Position numbers and translations under genes: made by a program
Virus record (IMG/VR): IMGVR_UViG_3300014666_000034
Coordinates: 1-64,000 of that record
Reading direction: 5' to 3' (one strand)
Length of the DNA: 64,000 nucleotides
Source of the DNA: an uncultured virus (IMG/VR IMGVR_UViG_3300014666_000034)
Taxonomy: Duplodnaviria; Heunggongvirae; Uroviricota; Caudoviricetes
Notes under the pieces: generated by a model
Seen by the model: the letters and a program-made list of their open reading frames with translations, nothing else
What the model was told of the DNA's origin: nothing
Database searches by the model: none
Part shown: positions 29,511 to 39,897 of the stretch, piece after piece
Numbering within the stretch: the first letter of the stretch is position 1
Layout of the letters: each line of letters starts with the position of its first letter

Positions 29511-30986
29511 TTACTTGCTTAAATAGCTTTTCATAATAGATTTTACATCTAACTGTTCATCTTCTAAGTTATTCAGGTTTACAGAAGCGATAGTAGTTTT
29601 AGTCTCGTCTGTATGTAGGTTTTCAGATACCATAGTTTCCTTATTATTCAAGGACTCCATGTATCTTTCGGCTAAAACGGCCTTCAGTGATTTATCATCC
29701 AGAGTATCTACATACCCCTTTAATTCTTCAGAGTTTTCAATCTCTTCTTTTGTGATTAGCCCTGATTTCGTAACAGAAGATACTAAAGTATCTTTCTTTT
29801 CCTGTAATTCAGCGGCAACCTTTTCCTGTTCAGCCTTTTCAAATTTCTCTTTAAACGGAGTAAGAGTACTGACCTCTGATTTTAGTCTTGAAATCTCTTC
29901 TCCTGATTTAATAATAGCTTCATCTTTTGCTGAAATTTCTGATTCTAATTCTGCTACCTTTGTGTTGATTTCAGAAATACTCACTGTCAACTTCACATTT
30001 TCTGGATCAAAAACAGTAATTGTATCATTGTTTACTTCGTAGGTTATGCGAACAAAGTCTAATTCTGAATCCCTATCATCAACTTCCAACCAAACCTCTT
30101 TCTCTACCGGGAAATGAAAAGAGATCCAGCACCACTTGTCTAATTTTACCCTACAAGCCTCTCGGATCTTTTTTCTTAAATCATATTCAGTAAGCTGAGA
30201 GATTTCGGTTGTATTATTGGTAGTTGTGTTTTCAATAGCGGCTGGAGTTTCTTTGATTACTCCTTCTGCGCTGTTTTCAGCAACCTGTGTTACATTATTT
30301 TTCAGCAAATTATTATCCTCCTTTGCTTCATTTTCTTTATCTAAACCATGACATATAATGTCCTGGGATAGTGCCTCTGCAACCATTAGCCCATCATTCA
30401 TATCTGTAGATAGAGACAATGCTTTTGCATCTACTCCATATGATGGTTTTGCGTATTCGTATCCAAGTAACGTATTTGCTAAAAACTCATAATCAGTTAC
30501 CCTTTTAATACCATCTTTATACTCATAAGAAGATATGACGATTTCCCAACTACCATAGAGTTTTCCAATTGAAAAGAGCCGCCTCACAGCAGCCACAACA
30601 TTTTCATATCTTTTCCATATTCTATATTTTGCATAAAGACAAGGTAAGCTTTTGATAACCCCACGAACATCTACATCAGCATTTTCTATGTATACTTCAG
30701 TGTGAGTGCCGATAGATTGAGTACCAAATGAGATATTGCCGTTCTCATCTTTTGACATTTCGTGTCCAGAGAATGTTGGTAGGCCCACAATATTAGTTCT
30801 ATATTTTGCTTGAACTGGCATATTAACTAAAGTCTGTGCTTTGTCTTCGGCTCCGTCAGATGGAAGGAGTACACCATTTGCATTAGTGTCATCGTAGTAA
30901 CAAATTCTACTTGTAAGTTCCATATAAGTATTGCTCTCTGATATTTCTACAACTTCACTTGATATAAAAATATTTTCTGTATTCAT
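29511..30986 (-). CDS. Prohead protease / scaffold protein
   Basis: NANGV...FSGHE...IWKRY...SWEI...LLG..AKPSY N-domain plus acidic coiled-coil tail. Confidence 0.75.
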   Translation of the reverse strand: MNTENIFISSEVVEISESNTYMELTSRICYYDDTNANGVLLPSDGAEDKAQTLVNMPVQAKYRTNIVGLPTFSGHEMSKDENGNISFGTQSIGTHTEVYIENADVDVRGVIKSLPCLYAKYRIWKRYENVVAAVRRLFSIGKLYGSWEIVISSYEYKDGIKRVTDYEFLANTLLGYEYAKPSYGVDAKALSLSTDMNDGLMVAEALSQDIICHGLDKENEAKEDNNLLKNNVTQVAENSAEGVIKETPAAIENTTTNNTTEISQLTEYDLRKKIREACRVKLDKWCWISFHFPVEKEVWLEVDDRDSELDFVRITYEVNNDTITVFDPENVKLTVSISEINTKVAELESEISAKDEAIIKSGEEISRLKSEVSTLTPFKEKFEKAEQEKVAAELQEKKDTLVSSVTKSGLITKEEIENSEELKGYVDTLDDKSLKAVLAERYMESLNNKETMVSENLHTDETKTTIASVNLNNLEDEQLDVKSIMKSYLSK

Positions 30987-31002
30987 AATTCACCACCTTC
31001 CA

Positions 31003-31161
31003 TTAACCAAGAAGAATATTGTGTTTTACAAACAATTCTTGCTCTAAAACGGCTTGATCTTCTTTAAGTTCATTTAAACTATCTTCAACATCAATATCGC
31101 CGCCAGGTATAATGACTTGAAGATTTTTATTACACCAAGGACATATAATTTCTACTTTCAC
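31003..31161 (-). CDS. Small hypothetical protein (52 aa, CPWC)
   Basis: GTG start overlapping the portal stop; MKVEIICPWCNKNLQV. Confidence 0.55.
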   Translation of the reverse strand: MKVEIICPWCNKNLQVIIPGGDIDVEDSLNELKEDQAVLEQELFVKHNILLG

Positions 31162-32780
31162 AATGTCTCCTGTCTGGTCTGGTCATATTTTTGTTTTGCT
31201 TGATTTTTGCTGTCCGAAGGTCGACCGCCCTTATTGCCCTGTGGTTCAGTTATCTCGCCTCGTCCACTAGACGTATATGCAGTCTGTCTACATTTAAAGA
31301 TCTGTTCAAATCCTTCGTCGTTCTCTTTGGATCGTTTTGCCTTTTCATCATTAACATCTATACCAAGTAATTCTAAGCTTGATGTAAGAGAACCATTAAA
31401 TATTGTATAAAGGGTAGAAGCTAAATCCTTTCGCATCTCAAAACTTAAAGCTTCACTATCAATCACATTAATTGTCGGGCAAAATTCAATCGGTAGATTG
31501 TTATCAGCCAACACCTGTTTATACCATTTCTGTAAAATATCCTCGACTTGCTCAGATATCATATTTATAGTACGCATGAGCTGCGTCACAGAGATATCGG
31601 AGGTGCTTACAGATTGACTACCGGAATCCATTAAAAAACTGATACCAAGAGCCGCCAGTACACGAGAACGATAGTTGTTGACGGTTTTCGTATCTGTAAG
31701 TTCTATCGTTGGCTCTACGTATAATATTTCTTCAACCGTTGGGGGAGTGGTTACAACCACTGTGGGCTGTTTCCATGCCGCCATAAAGTTTTCGTGTGCG
31801 TAACTCATTTCCTCAAAGCCTTTTTTATTAAAATCAGTCCCCATTACTTCTTTGCGAAGCTTTTGGTGAATTATCTTTTTAGCCTTTGCCTTACTATTTA
31901 CCCTATCTGCATTGTCGAAAGTATCTAACATAAGTAAATCTTTAAAGGTACGGAAGATTGGAGTGAGACCATAATTACGATTCATATTGTTAATTCTAAT
32001 CACCCCAGTATACTTATGATCTAATTTTGCATAGTCTTCTTTTGCCATAAAAGCATCGTATACTTCTTTAGGGTAGTTTGCTTTGACTTCTTCTTCTATG
32101 TTTTCAAAAAATAATGGTTTGTTTTTCTTCGTCTTTTTATATATTTTTTGAAGTCTTGAACGAAGTTCTTTTATATCAAATAGAACGATTGGGTCTCCGT
32201 CGATATCGTAACTTCCAAGCACACAAACGCCGAGGGGGTAATAATCGATTTTGTAACTATTATCTTCATGCCTTAAATAGCAAATGTATGTACCTTCATC
32301 AAATGTTGTTGGAATAGAATTGCGAATAAATTTTTTAACGTTAATTGCTTTATTAAACTCTGTGATAAAGTCCTTTACTTGCTGAAGTTGTTTTGATTTA
32401 TTTCGTCCAGATACATCTATGTCATATGACAGCTTTGTTTTTGTATTAATATTTGTGGTTATACATTCGTGTGTTTTTCCGATAATGCCATCTTTATTAA
32501 TCTCTTTCCGTACAATGGAGTTTATAATTTGTATCTTTCTTAGGTCATTTTGTGTTCCATCAGCTAACTCATCTATATATTCTGGTGTCAGTTTTTCGGA
32601 CGATGAATTGCCGTCTTTTAAATAAGCTGAATATTTTTGGTTTGATGGGTCATACTTAGCAACTGCACTGGCAAGCCATTTATCAGTAATAGCTTCTGAT
32701 GAGGTAACAATCTCTGTTCCATCGTTAGATAATGAACGGATTATAACTTCGTAGTCTTCATTATTTATATTTTCTGGCAT
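31158..32780 (-). CDS. Portal protein
   Basis: 540 aa directly after TerL; YGLTPIF, C-terminal KGGRPSD. Confidence 0.8.
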   Translation of the reverse strand: MPENINNEDYEVIIRSLSNDGTEIVTSSEAITDKWLASAVAKYDPSNQKYSAYLKDGNSSSEKLTPEYIDELADGTQNDLRKIQIINSIVRKEINKDGIIGKTHECITTNINTKTKLSYDIDVSGRNKSKQLQQVKDFITEFNKAINVKKFIRNSIPTTFDEGTYICYLRHEDNSYKIDYYPLGVCVLGSYDIDGDPIVLFDIKELRSRLQKIYKKTKKNKPLFFENIEEEVKANYPKEVYDAFMAKEDYAKLDHKYTGVIRINNMNRNYGLTPIFRTFKDLLMLDTFDNADRVNSKAKAKKIIHQKLRKEVMGTDFNKKGFEEMSYAHENFMAAWKQPTVVVTTPPTVEEILYVEPTIELTDTKTVNNYRSRVLAALGISFLMDSGSQSVSTSDISVTQLMRTINMISEQVEDILQKWYKQVLADNNLPIEFCPTINVIDSEALSFEMRKDLASTLYTIFNGSLTSSLELLGIDVNDEKAKRSKENDEGFEQIFKCRQTAYTSSGRGEITEPQGNKGGRPSDSKNQAKQKYDQTRQETL

Positions 32781-32795
32781 TTTTCACCGTCCTTT

Positions 32796-34646
32796 CTAAT
32801 CATAAGATATTGATGAAGAACAAATTGGGGCAGAAGAGTAATCTGCCGGTTGTTCGTCTTGAGTGATTATTTGCCCTCGTCTTAACTCATAAAGTCTATG
32901 AGCTAACATAATAAGTACATAAAACCTATCGTCATGCATCGAACCTTCTTTGTCTTTTGCCAAAGCATATGTTTTGGTCGTCTTTTCAGCATTTTCATAT
33001 TTATAGATTGAAGTTGTTTCAAGCTTCATTAAATCAATATTGGCCAAAGCAGATATTTCTTTGTCAGATAGTTCATACTTTTCAATTACCTCTTCGTCTG
33101 AATCATCTTGTTTCTTAGCCATTGATATAAACTCTCGTTTGAATTCATAAGGGAATTTTATTACTCCTAAATCCATCAATTCTATAAACTCATCAACCAT
33201 CTGAGTTCTATATTTTTTAGGACTAATTAACCTTAACTTGTCGATAGCATTAGGATAGAGTTCCTTGTATCCAGTATAAATATCATGTGAAGCATCTATT
33301 AAACCTCTATGATGCCGACCATCTTCGCCAACCCAATCATTAAGCAATCCGTCCGCATAAGTAGAGACACCACCACCTCCTGCTCCTTGATCGATCAATA
33401 AGCAATCAATATTTTGATAATCATTGTATTGCCCATTATATAGCACAAGATGCTTTCTAATTTCTGTTAATTGTCTGTTTGAATCTAACTTATAACCCTT
33501 TTTACTAGCCTTATCAAACAAATTGGCACAGTTGACTATTTCGCCAATGTAGCCATAATTAGGATCATTGACAATATTCATTGCCCCAAGAATTGAATTA
33601 TCAAGCGTTCTGGCGGGATCTAAAGCAAGACATATAGAAGTGTTTGGTTTATAAGATAATTGTGGAAGATAAAAACTCTCGTTGCGTCGTATGGTTCCCC
33701 ATTTTATAATTTGATTAACCCCACCGTCACGAGTCGGTTGATTGTAGTACTCCCTCAAAGCTTTTTCTCTATTGGCTTTCATAGCGGCATCAACCTTATC
33801 CTGTGTTAAGAGAGGTGTATAAGGCTTGCCTTCCATAAATGTTTTTATAGCTGTGTCACAAATCATATCTACAACTATATAGTCTCTATCACCAGCGATC
33901 ATACGTTTAGTGAAGTTTTTATAATGTTGGTAAAAAATCTTACTCATGTCATCTTGGGAAGATGCATAGACTAACTGAGTTGGACATTTTCTTTTCAGAG
34001 TATCAGGATTAAAGCCTTTTGCAACTGAAGTTTTAAACTCCGTATTCTGAGTTGCAAATGCTTCACAAACTGCAATTAATTCATCAGACGAGAATGCTGC
34101 TTCATCAAAAAATACTAAAGTTGCGCGCCTACTTCTGTTATTATCCGGGTTCCCATTTAGTGTAAAAATTTCACTACCGTTGTAAAATTCCACATGGAAA
34201 CCAGACTGAGCATGTCCAAAGCCAGTCTTATTATTACCCGACTTTTTAGTTTCTTTTTCAACAATATCTTTGAGTGAATCTATAGATGCTGCTGTTTTAC
34301 CTATACGAAGAACAATCTCTTCAATCTTTGAGAAGGTTTCTTTTGACTGGTCGCCAACAGAACTTACAATATAGATTGCTTGATTCTCATATAAAATTGC
34401 TTTGAGAACCATAAAAATGGCACCCAAAAATGATTTGCCGAAGTTTCGACTACAGCACCATAAGACATGTGGTTTATTCCAACTTGCTTGTAATATGTAT
34501 TTCTGGCTATCTATGAGTTTTATTCCGAGTAAATCTTCGCAAGCAATACAGGGGTTACGCCTGTAATATGCTATGCTTTTTGCGTCCAACTCACAAATTC
34601 GCTTTTTTCTCTCCGACATTAATTTATGATAAGCCATTATCGTCAC
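32796..34646 (-). CDS. terL: Terminase large subunit
   Basis: CSRNFGKS Walker A, VFFDEAAF Walker B, LALDPAR and HDDRFY nuclease motifs. Confidence 0.92.
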   Translation of the reverse strand: MTIMAYHKLMSERKKRICELDAKSIAYYRRNPCIACEDLLGIKLIDSQKYILQASWNKPHVLWCCSRNFGKSFLGAIFMVLKAILYENQAIYIVSSVGDQSKETFSKIEEIVLRIGKTAASIDSLKDIVEKETKKSGNNKTGFGHAQSGFHVEFYNGSEIFTLNGNPDNNRSRRATLVFFDEAAFSSDELIAVCEAFATQNTEFKTSVAKGFNPDTLKRKCPTQLVYASSQDDMSKIFYQHYKNFTKRMIAGDRDYIVVDMICDTAIKTFMEGKPYTPLLTQDKVDAAMKANREKALREYYNQPTRDGGVNQIIKWGTIRRNESFYLPQLSYKPNTSICLALDPARTLDNSILGAMNIVNDPNYGYIGEIVNCANLFDKASKKGYKLDSNRQLTEIRKHLVLYNGQYNDYQNIDCLLIDQGAGGGGVSTYADGLLNDWVGEDGRHHRGLIDASHDIYTGYKELYPNAIDKLRLISPKKYRTQMVDEFIELMDLGVIKFPYEFKREFISMAKKQDDSDEEVIEKYELSDKEISALANIDLMKLETTSIYKYENAEKTTKTYALAKDKEGSMHDDRFYVLIMLAHRLYELRRGQIITQDEQPADYSSAPICSSSISYD

Positions 34647-35727
34647 CGTCCTCTTCTATGTACAATTGTGATTTAAGCTCATCGACTTGTATGAGCAGTT
34701 GGCGAACTTGCTCTTTTTTATCGTCTAGTTCCTTATATAAATCGTCTATGAGTTTTATCTGTGTTTCATATACTTCTTTTTTATCATTTTCATCGAATAG
34801 ACAGTGATCTAAAAGTGCCTTTTGAGATACCGAAATTGCCCACTGGGTTCCGGTTCCGCTTAATTGATCATAGTAATCAGCTTCAGCCATATCAAAATGT
34901 TTTTCTCGTAAATCACGCATTAAATAGGTCAAAGTTGATTTACCAACATCCTTGTTAGATCTATTTTTTACAGAAATCTCATTTTCTTTTGCGATTTTAT
35001 CATTACTCGCAACAAGATCTTTCTTTATAACATTTAAAGTCTTGATGTCATTTGCGTCTTTAACTGGATCTAAATTAGCAATACGCTTATCACAAACATG
35101 AATTTGCTTATTATTGTTCACAATTTGTAATATCTGCGAAAGCTTGTATGCGTCCTCGGCAGAGTCTTCATCTTCTAAATATGGTGACAACTGATTGAAT
35201 AAAAAACGTCTGTCTTCCTCTGGATAATCTTCAAACGGGTCATAACCTATAAGCTCAATGGCATAATCTCTATTTTGTTTGTCTTGCTTTGACCATTTAA
35301 TTTCTTTATCTTGATCAAGCTCAATAACTGTTTTTCCCATTTCACCAGCCAAAATTGATTGTGAGAAATCTTGATATTGATATTGACGACCGTTAATTTG
35401 ACGCATATAAAGCCCCATACTAAAGTTATTATTAGCTTTTATAATGCTATCAAAAAGAGAGTAGTAGTAGGGGATATCTAGTTTATAGCACATGAAAACA
35501 CACGCCGTTTTGGTATCATATTTTTTTTCGTAATATTGAAAAAGTTCATTTACACAGTCTTTGCATATATGAGTGAACTTTGAGTTTTTTGTAAAGCACT
35601 CTGACCACTGAGATTTATAGAATTTGCCTACTGGATTCTCGTAACTTTTACCACATCGTAGGCATGTATAAACATGAGAATCATCAAAGTTATCAGTCAA
35701 GTCAGCAACCTTGGGTTTTCTTGCCAT
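34624..35727 (-). CDS. Zn-finger protein upstream of TerL (possible terminase small subunit)
   Basis: CLRC...CKDC; overlaps terL start. Confidence 0.6.
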   Translation of the reverse strand: MARKPKVADLTDNFDDSHVYTCLRCGKSYENPVGKFYKSQWSECFTKNSKFTHICKDCVNELFQYYEKKYDTKTACVFMCYKLDIPYYYSLFDSIIKANNNFSMGLYMRQINGRQYQYQDFSQSILAGEMGKTVIELDQDKEIKWSKQDKQNRDYAIELIGYDPFEDYPEEDRRFLFNQLSPYLEDEDSAEDAYKLSQILQIVNNNKQIHVCDKRIANLDPVKDANDIKTLNVIKKDLVASNDKIAKENEISVKNRSNKDVGKSTLTYLMRDLREKHFDMAEADYYDQLSGTGTQWAISVSQKALLDHCLFDENDKKEVYETQIKLIDDLYKELDDKKEQVRQLLIQVDELKSQLYIEEDGDDNGLS

Positions 35728-35866
35728 TTATAATACCTCCTTTGCTGTTTACAATAAAATAAGCACTACCGCCAGAGCAGTAGTGCTTGTTTATAGTTAC
35801 GATATTTGATTTCTAAATGAAAGCGCAGATTCAAGACAAAATAGAAGAGGATAGTTATGATACTCT

Positions 35867-36496
35867 CTATTTAAAACCTATAACTATATGGTTTTCTTTC
35901 AATTTGTCCAGTTGTTCACCATTTAATCCGGAATTTTCATCTATAAATATAATCTTATCTCTAAGCTGCCTTAAGCTTAATACATCTCTATATTTATAAA
36001 ACGGTATATTAAATCCAAACTGTTTGCAGTTGTTTTTTATTCCATATACACCATTGGTATTCTCGCATACAACAACCCCATTGTATTTATTGCACATTAA
36101 GGTAATCGCGTAAGATTTTCCGGAACCCCTACACTCACCACCGTAAGTGCAGATATAAGATTGATGCTTAGCAATATAGGAATCAAATTTTTCTATCCAT
36201 ACATTTTCTCTGTATTCAGAATCTGGAATACTATATTCTTTAAGATTTCTAATTTCGCCACAATGATTTTGCTCCCAGATTTTTATCTGTTTGCCAGTTG
36301 TGGTTTCTAGCTCCAAATACTTCAATTCCCAATCATATTCTTTAATGAGTGAGAGAGTATCCTTCAGTAGTCGCATACAACTTATTGCTTCTGTAAAATT
36401 ATTATTTTCTTGACACTTTGAAAATTTTGCCTGAAGTTTCTTTGCATCTTCAATTAGTGTTACTACGGTTTCTTCAAATACGTTTTTGTTTTCCAT
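35867..36496 (-). CDS. Hypothetical protein with C-terminal P-loop-like motif
   Basis: CRGSGKS and IFIDE. Confidence 0.6.
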   Translation of the reverse strand: MENKNVFEETVVTLIEDAKKLQAKFSKCQENNNFTEAISCMRLLKDTLSLIKEYDWELKYLELETTTGKQIKIWEQNHCGEIRNLKEYSIPDSEYRENVWIEKFDSYIAKHQSYICTYGGECRGSGKSYAITLMCNKYNGVVVCENTNGVYGIKNNCKQFGFNIPFYKYRDVLSLRQLRDKIIFIDENSGLNGEQLDKLKENHIVIGFK

Positions 36497-36555
36497 ATTA
36501 TTTCCTCCAAGTGGTAAGTCACAACCTGTTATTCCTCTTCACGATAGAAGAGTAG

Positions 36556-36637
36556 CGCCGCACACACGATTCGAACGTGCAAGCCTTTTACGGCCAACTG
36601 TTTTCAAGACAGCTCCCTCACCACCCGGACATACGGC
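36556..36637 (-). tRNA. tRNA-Ser(UGA)
   Basis: Acceptor GCCGTAT/GTGCGGC, anticodon loop CTTGAAA, long variable arm, GTTCGAATC; no encoded CCA. Confidence 0.85.
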
Positions 36638-36776
36638 ATAATAAAAGAGCCGGAGATTAATCCGACTCTTCCCAATAAAATACTCATTTTCTTATTCCTT
36701 CAAAATTTTGACTGAATTGCGCTAATAGGAATTATGTTTACTACTAAATCTTATAGTGCTTATTTTCCTCTGGAAA

Positions 36777-37169
36777 TCAATTGATATGTGCTACAGCACG
36801 AATCTCAATTAACTGGTCGGGGAACGACATACTTGATACGCCCACGAGAGTGCCAGCAGGCCGATGCTCACCCACATATTCCTTGAAAATTTTAATACAT
36901 TTTTCAAATTGTTCTTGTGGGTCTGTAAGAAAAATTTCAATTTCAGCAATATTTGATCTTGTAGCATCAAATTCTGCAAGCACTCGATCAAGATTTTCTA
37001 ATGTTTGTTTGGTCTGTACCTCTATATCTCCCTCTCCAACAAATCTACCTTGCATATCATGGGAGAATTGTCCCGAAATGTATAAGATGCCGTTAACGCA
37101 GTAACCCTGTGCAATACCGTGTTCACCTTCCCATGGAAGACCGTGATTATAGGTTTTAATACCTGTCAT
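36777..37169 (-). CDS. RidA/YjgF-family protein
   Basis: LYISGQ...QTKQTLENLDRVL...RPAGTLVGV..LIEIRAVA. Confidence 0.9.
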   Translation of the reverse strand: MTGIKTYNHGLPWEGEHGIAQGYCVNGILYISGQFSHDMQGRFVGEGDIEVQTKQTLENLDRVLAEFDATRSNIAEIEIFLTDPQEQFEKCIKIFKEYVGEHRPAGTLVGVSSMSFPDQLIEIRAVAHIN

Positions 37170-37273
37170 AATTATCGCTCCTTTACTTTGATTTGAGATT
37201 AGTATATACTAAGTTCAAATATAAAAAAGTACGCACTTTATTGAAAGGTACTATTTGAAAGGATAGTGTAAGT

Positions 37274-37615
37274 ATGGGTATGGCTGATTTTGATGGCATA
37301 GTTAATAATATTCAAGATACCCCTTTCGGTTATACGATGTCGGTGATTGGTGGAAAATGGAAAATGGTTATTATATATCTTTTAGCGGAAAACCAACCAG
37401 TTCGTTTTAATGAAATGCATAGACAAATAGGAACCATAACTTATAAAATATTGAGTTCTCAATTAAAAGAATTGGAAGCGGATGGGCTGGTGAAACGGAA
37501 AGAGTATCCCCAGATTCCTCCTAAAGTTGAGTACAGTTTAACAGATAGGGCACAAACTTTACTACCCATCTTAGAAGATATGTGTGATTGGGGAGCAAAA
37601 AATAAAAATAAATAA
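37274..37615 (+). CDS. HxlR-family winged-helix regulator
   Basis: IGGKWKMVII...RFNEM...LKELEADGLV.RKEYPQIPPKVEYSLT. Confidence 0.92.
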   Translation: MGMADFDGIVNNIQDTPFGYTMSVIGGKWKMVIIYLLAENQPVRFNEMHRQIGTITYKILSSQLKELEADGLVKRKEYPQIPPKVEYSLTDRAQTLLPILEDMCDWGAKNKNK

Positions 37616-37618
37616 AAT

Positions 37619-38491
37619 TTATTCTATTAATCCTTGATACCGCAGCGCTCCATCCTGTCCCGGCGTCAGCGTCAGTTGTTTTGTAACCATTTTGCCATCA
37701 GCATCGACGGCATAAATCTTTCCGGAGTTTGCTACTAACTGAGATGTACACATGGCACCGTCAGGCCCTAGATAATACCATGCTTGGTTATACTGATACC
37801 ATGTATTCTTAATCATGTTCCCGGCACCGTCAAACCAGTACCATTTTCCGTCTGTATCCCGAAGCCAGTCATTGCAGATAGGAAAACCAGTGTTCCCATT
37901 GTAATATTTCCAATTGTCGCCTTCTTGCTGCCAACCTAATTTTTTAGTGGGAGCATCAATTAAATCTGCATTAAAAGATTCCCATGTGTGCTGTGTATGA
38001 TTATAGACGTAAGGATTCGGACAGATCTTGCCAGTAACGTCGTAATGTCTGATTACACGATCCAATGGAATGCTATATAACTTCATTAAATACTTAGTTA
38101 ATTCAATAGTCGATTTTACGGTAGCATCTTCAAAATACCAATCCTTAGATTCAGATGCTTTTGAATTACTATTTCTTACGCACATTTCAATATTGATACA
38201 GTTTGCATTTTTTGCAATTCCATGTAATGAGCCGCCGCCAGTAGATAATTTTGAACCTCCGACAGCCCAACAGTACCTCACATTTGGATCAGGATTATAC
38301 TGCCATATATCGCCGTTAAATCCAACAAAAAAATCAGCAGAAGCATTAGTTGTTGTCCGCTGATTATAGTATTTTACATTTGCTTCAGCATCTCCTAGAG
38401 CGCCGACATAATGTATTACTGCATATTCAATTTCACCTGGGCGCACAGATGTGTTATGTGTACCGAAGTTTGGATTCTGATTAATATTCAT
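37619..38491 (-). CDS. Endolysin: Amidase_2 N-acetylmuramoyl-L-alanine amidase with cell-wall-binding repeats
   Basis: VIHYVG, INIEMC, RHYDVTGKICP; WYWFDGAGNM repeats. Confidence 0.9.
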   Translation of the reverse strand: MNINQNPNFGTHNTSVRPGEIEYAVIHYVGALGDAEANVKYYNQRTTTNASADFFVGFNGDIWQYNPDPNVRYCWAVGGSKLSTGGGSLHGIAKNANCINIEMCVRNSNSKASESKDWYFEDATVKSTIELTKYLMKLYSIPLDRVIRHYDVTGKICPNPYVYNHTQHTWESFNADLIDAPTKKLGWQQEGDNWKYYNGNTGFPICNDWLRDTDGKWYWFDGAGNMIKNTWYQYNQAWYYLGPDGAMCTSQLVANSGKIYAVDADGKMVTKQLTLTPGQDGALRYQGLIE

Positions 38492-38535
38492 ATTTTTACT
38501 CCTTTACAATAATTCGTCCATTTGAATGCTACAGA

Positions 38536-38609
38536 TACGAGTGAAAGGAATCGAACCTTTGGCGTTAACGGATATAAGCCGTATCCCATCACCACTTGGG
38601 TACACTCGC
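38536..38609 (-). tRNA. tRNA-Ile(UAU)
   Basis: GCGAGTG/CACTCGT acceptor; anticodon loop CTTATAT; GGTTCGATTCC T arm. Confidence 0.75.
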
Positions 38610-38659
38610 AAAAGAGAAGAGTTAGAAAAACTCTCCTAAATTCGTGGTTGCCATGTTAT

Positions 38660-38890
38660 TTTTGAAGGTTGGCTAAGCCTTTAAGCTCCACTGGCACGTT
38701 ATTACTCACGATGATTAAGCTATCCACTGCTTGATTTGACCGCACAGCAGTCATTCGCTACTGGTTTAGAATTTCACCTTCCTTTGGCATGGGTTTTGAG
38801 TCTCCATGCTGACTTATTGGCTGTTTTGCGCTCCGTTAAGGTATTTACTACGTTTAATCTGGGTGAAATGCGGCACCAGAACCAATAAAA
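38660..38890 (-). ncRNA. Candidate structured ncRNA of unknown family
   Basis: ORF-free, several stems and a possible 8-bp pseudoknot (see findings). Confidence 0.45.
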
Positions 38891-38901
38891 GGCGGAATTA
38901 A

Positions 38902-39855
38902 TTAGAAGGTGAACTTATCTTTATTTTCTTTTACCTTCTTTTTATTTACAGACAAATAATGTTTGACAGTCGTTTCTGTGGATTCGTGATGCAAAAGTTC
39001 AGCAATGTCTTGCAATTCCATACCTAATTCCTTCAATATGTTAGAACCCGAGTGACGTAGGTCGTGGTTATGGAGGCTTGGTTCGCCTATTAAATTGCCA
39101 GCCTTTTTACACCAGTCATTTAAAGTTCCATTGTTAATACAATTTTTCTCGTCAATATACGGACTTATGAATACCCAGCCGTAATCATTAATTCTACTCT
39201 CATTTCTGAAAGACTTTAATTTTTTAAGTAGTTCTTCAACCTCTTTTGAAAAATAAAGGTCAACAATTTTACCCTCTTTTTCAACCACGTCGGAACACAT
39301 TCGTTCTTCTAAATCTATTTGCCCCCATCTTAAATGAGCCATGGCATTAACCCTAGCCATCGTTGATAATCCAAAGAAGATATAGGTTTGTAGTTGAATG
39401 TCTCCATTTTCAGCCAATTTTTCTCTAAGCTTATCTACCTGTTCTACAGTCAGAAAAGTTTGTTTGATGATTGGTTGTCCTTGTTTTGGTCTTTCTAAAA
39501 ATTCAGTAGGAGATTCTTTAATTAATTTCTTTTTACGAAGGAATTTATAGAATGCCGAGATAGAAGACATAATCCTTCTTTGTCTATTAACATTATTACC
39601 TTGTTGTTTTCTCCAATAAAAATATTCAATTAAATCCTCATCTGACGCTTCTAACACAGATAAATTAAATTGGTTGTTATACATATAGATAAACCATTGC
39701 ATTAAATCAGAATTATATTGTTTAATGCTATTCTCAGATAAATCACGAATTGACATATCCATTTGATATTTCTGAAACAATTTCAGCGTTTCCTCGTTTA
39801 TTTTCTTTGCCTTTTCAGCATCATATAGACAAATTCGCTTGCTTCGTTCTGCCAT
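38902..39855 (-). CDS. Tyrosine recombinase (XerC/D-like)
   Basis: TMARV, KEGK, HDLRH, LLHH and terminal KHY catalytic residues. Confidence 0.9.
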   Translation of the reverse strand: MAERSKRICLYDAEKAKKINEETLKLFQKYQMDMSIRDLSENSIKQYNSDLMQWFIYMYNNQFNLSVLEASDEDLIEYFYWRKQQGNNVNRQRRIMSSISAFYKFLRKKKLIKESPTEFLERPKQGQPIIKQTFLTVEQVDKLREKLAENGDIQLQTYIFFGLSTMARVNAMAHLRWGQIDLEERMCSDVVEKEGKIVDLYFSKEVEELLKKLKSFRNESRINDYGWVFISPYIDEKNCINNGTLNDWCKKAGNLIGEPSLHNHDLRHSGSNILKELGMELQDIAELLHHESTETTVKHYLSVNKKKVKENKDKFTF

Positions 39856-39897
39856 TCCATCACTTCCTTTCAAAATAAAAGAAGTGACTAATTTTAT

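Noticed and set aside
36556..39873. Prophage attachment site at the tRNAs beside the recombinase
   Set aside because: Phage genes continue on both sides and no duplicated tRNA 3' end was found.
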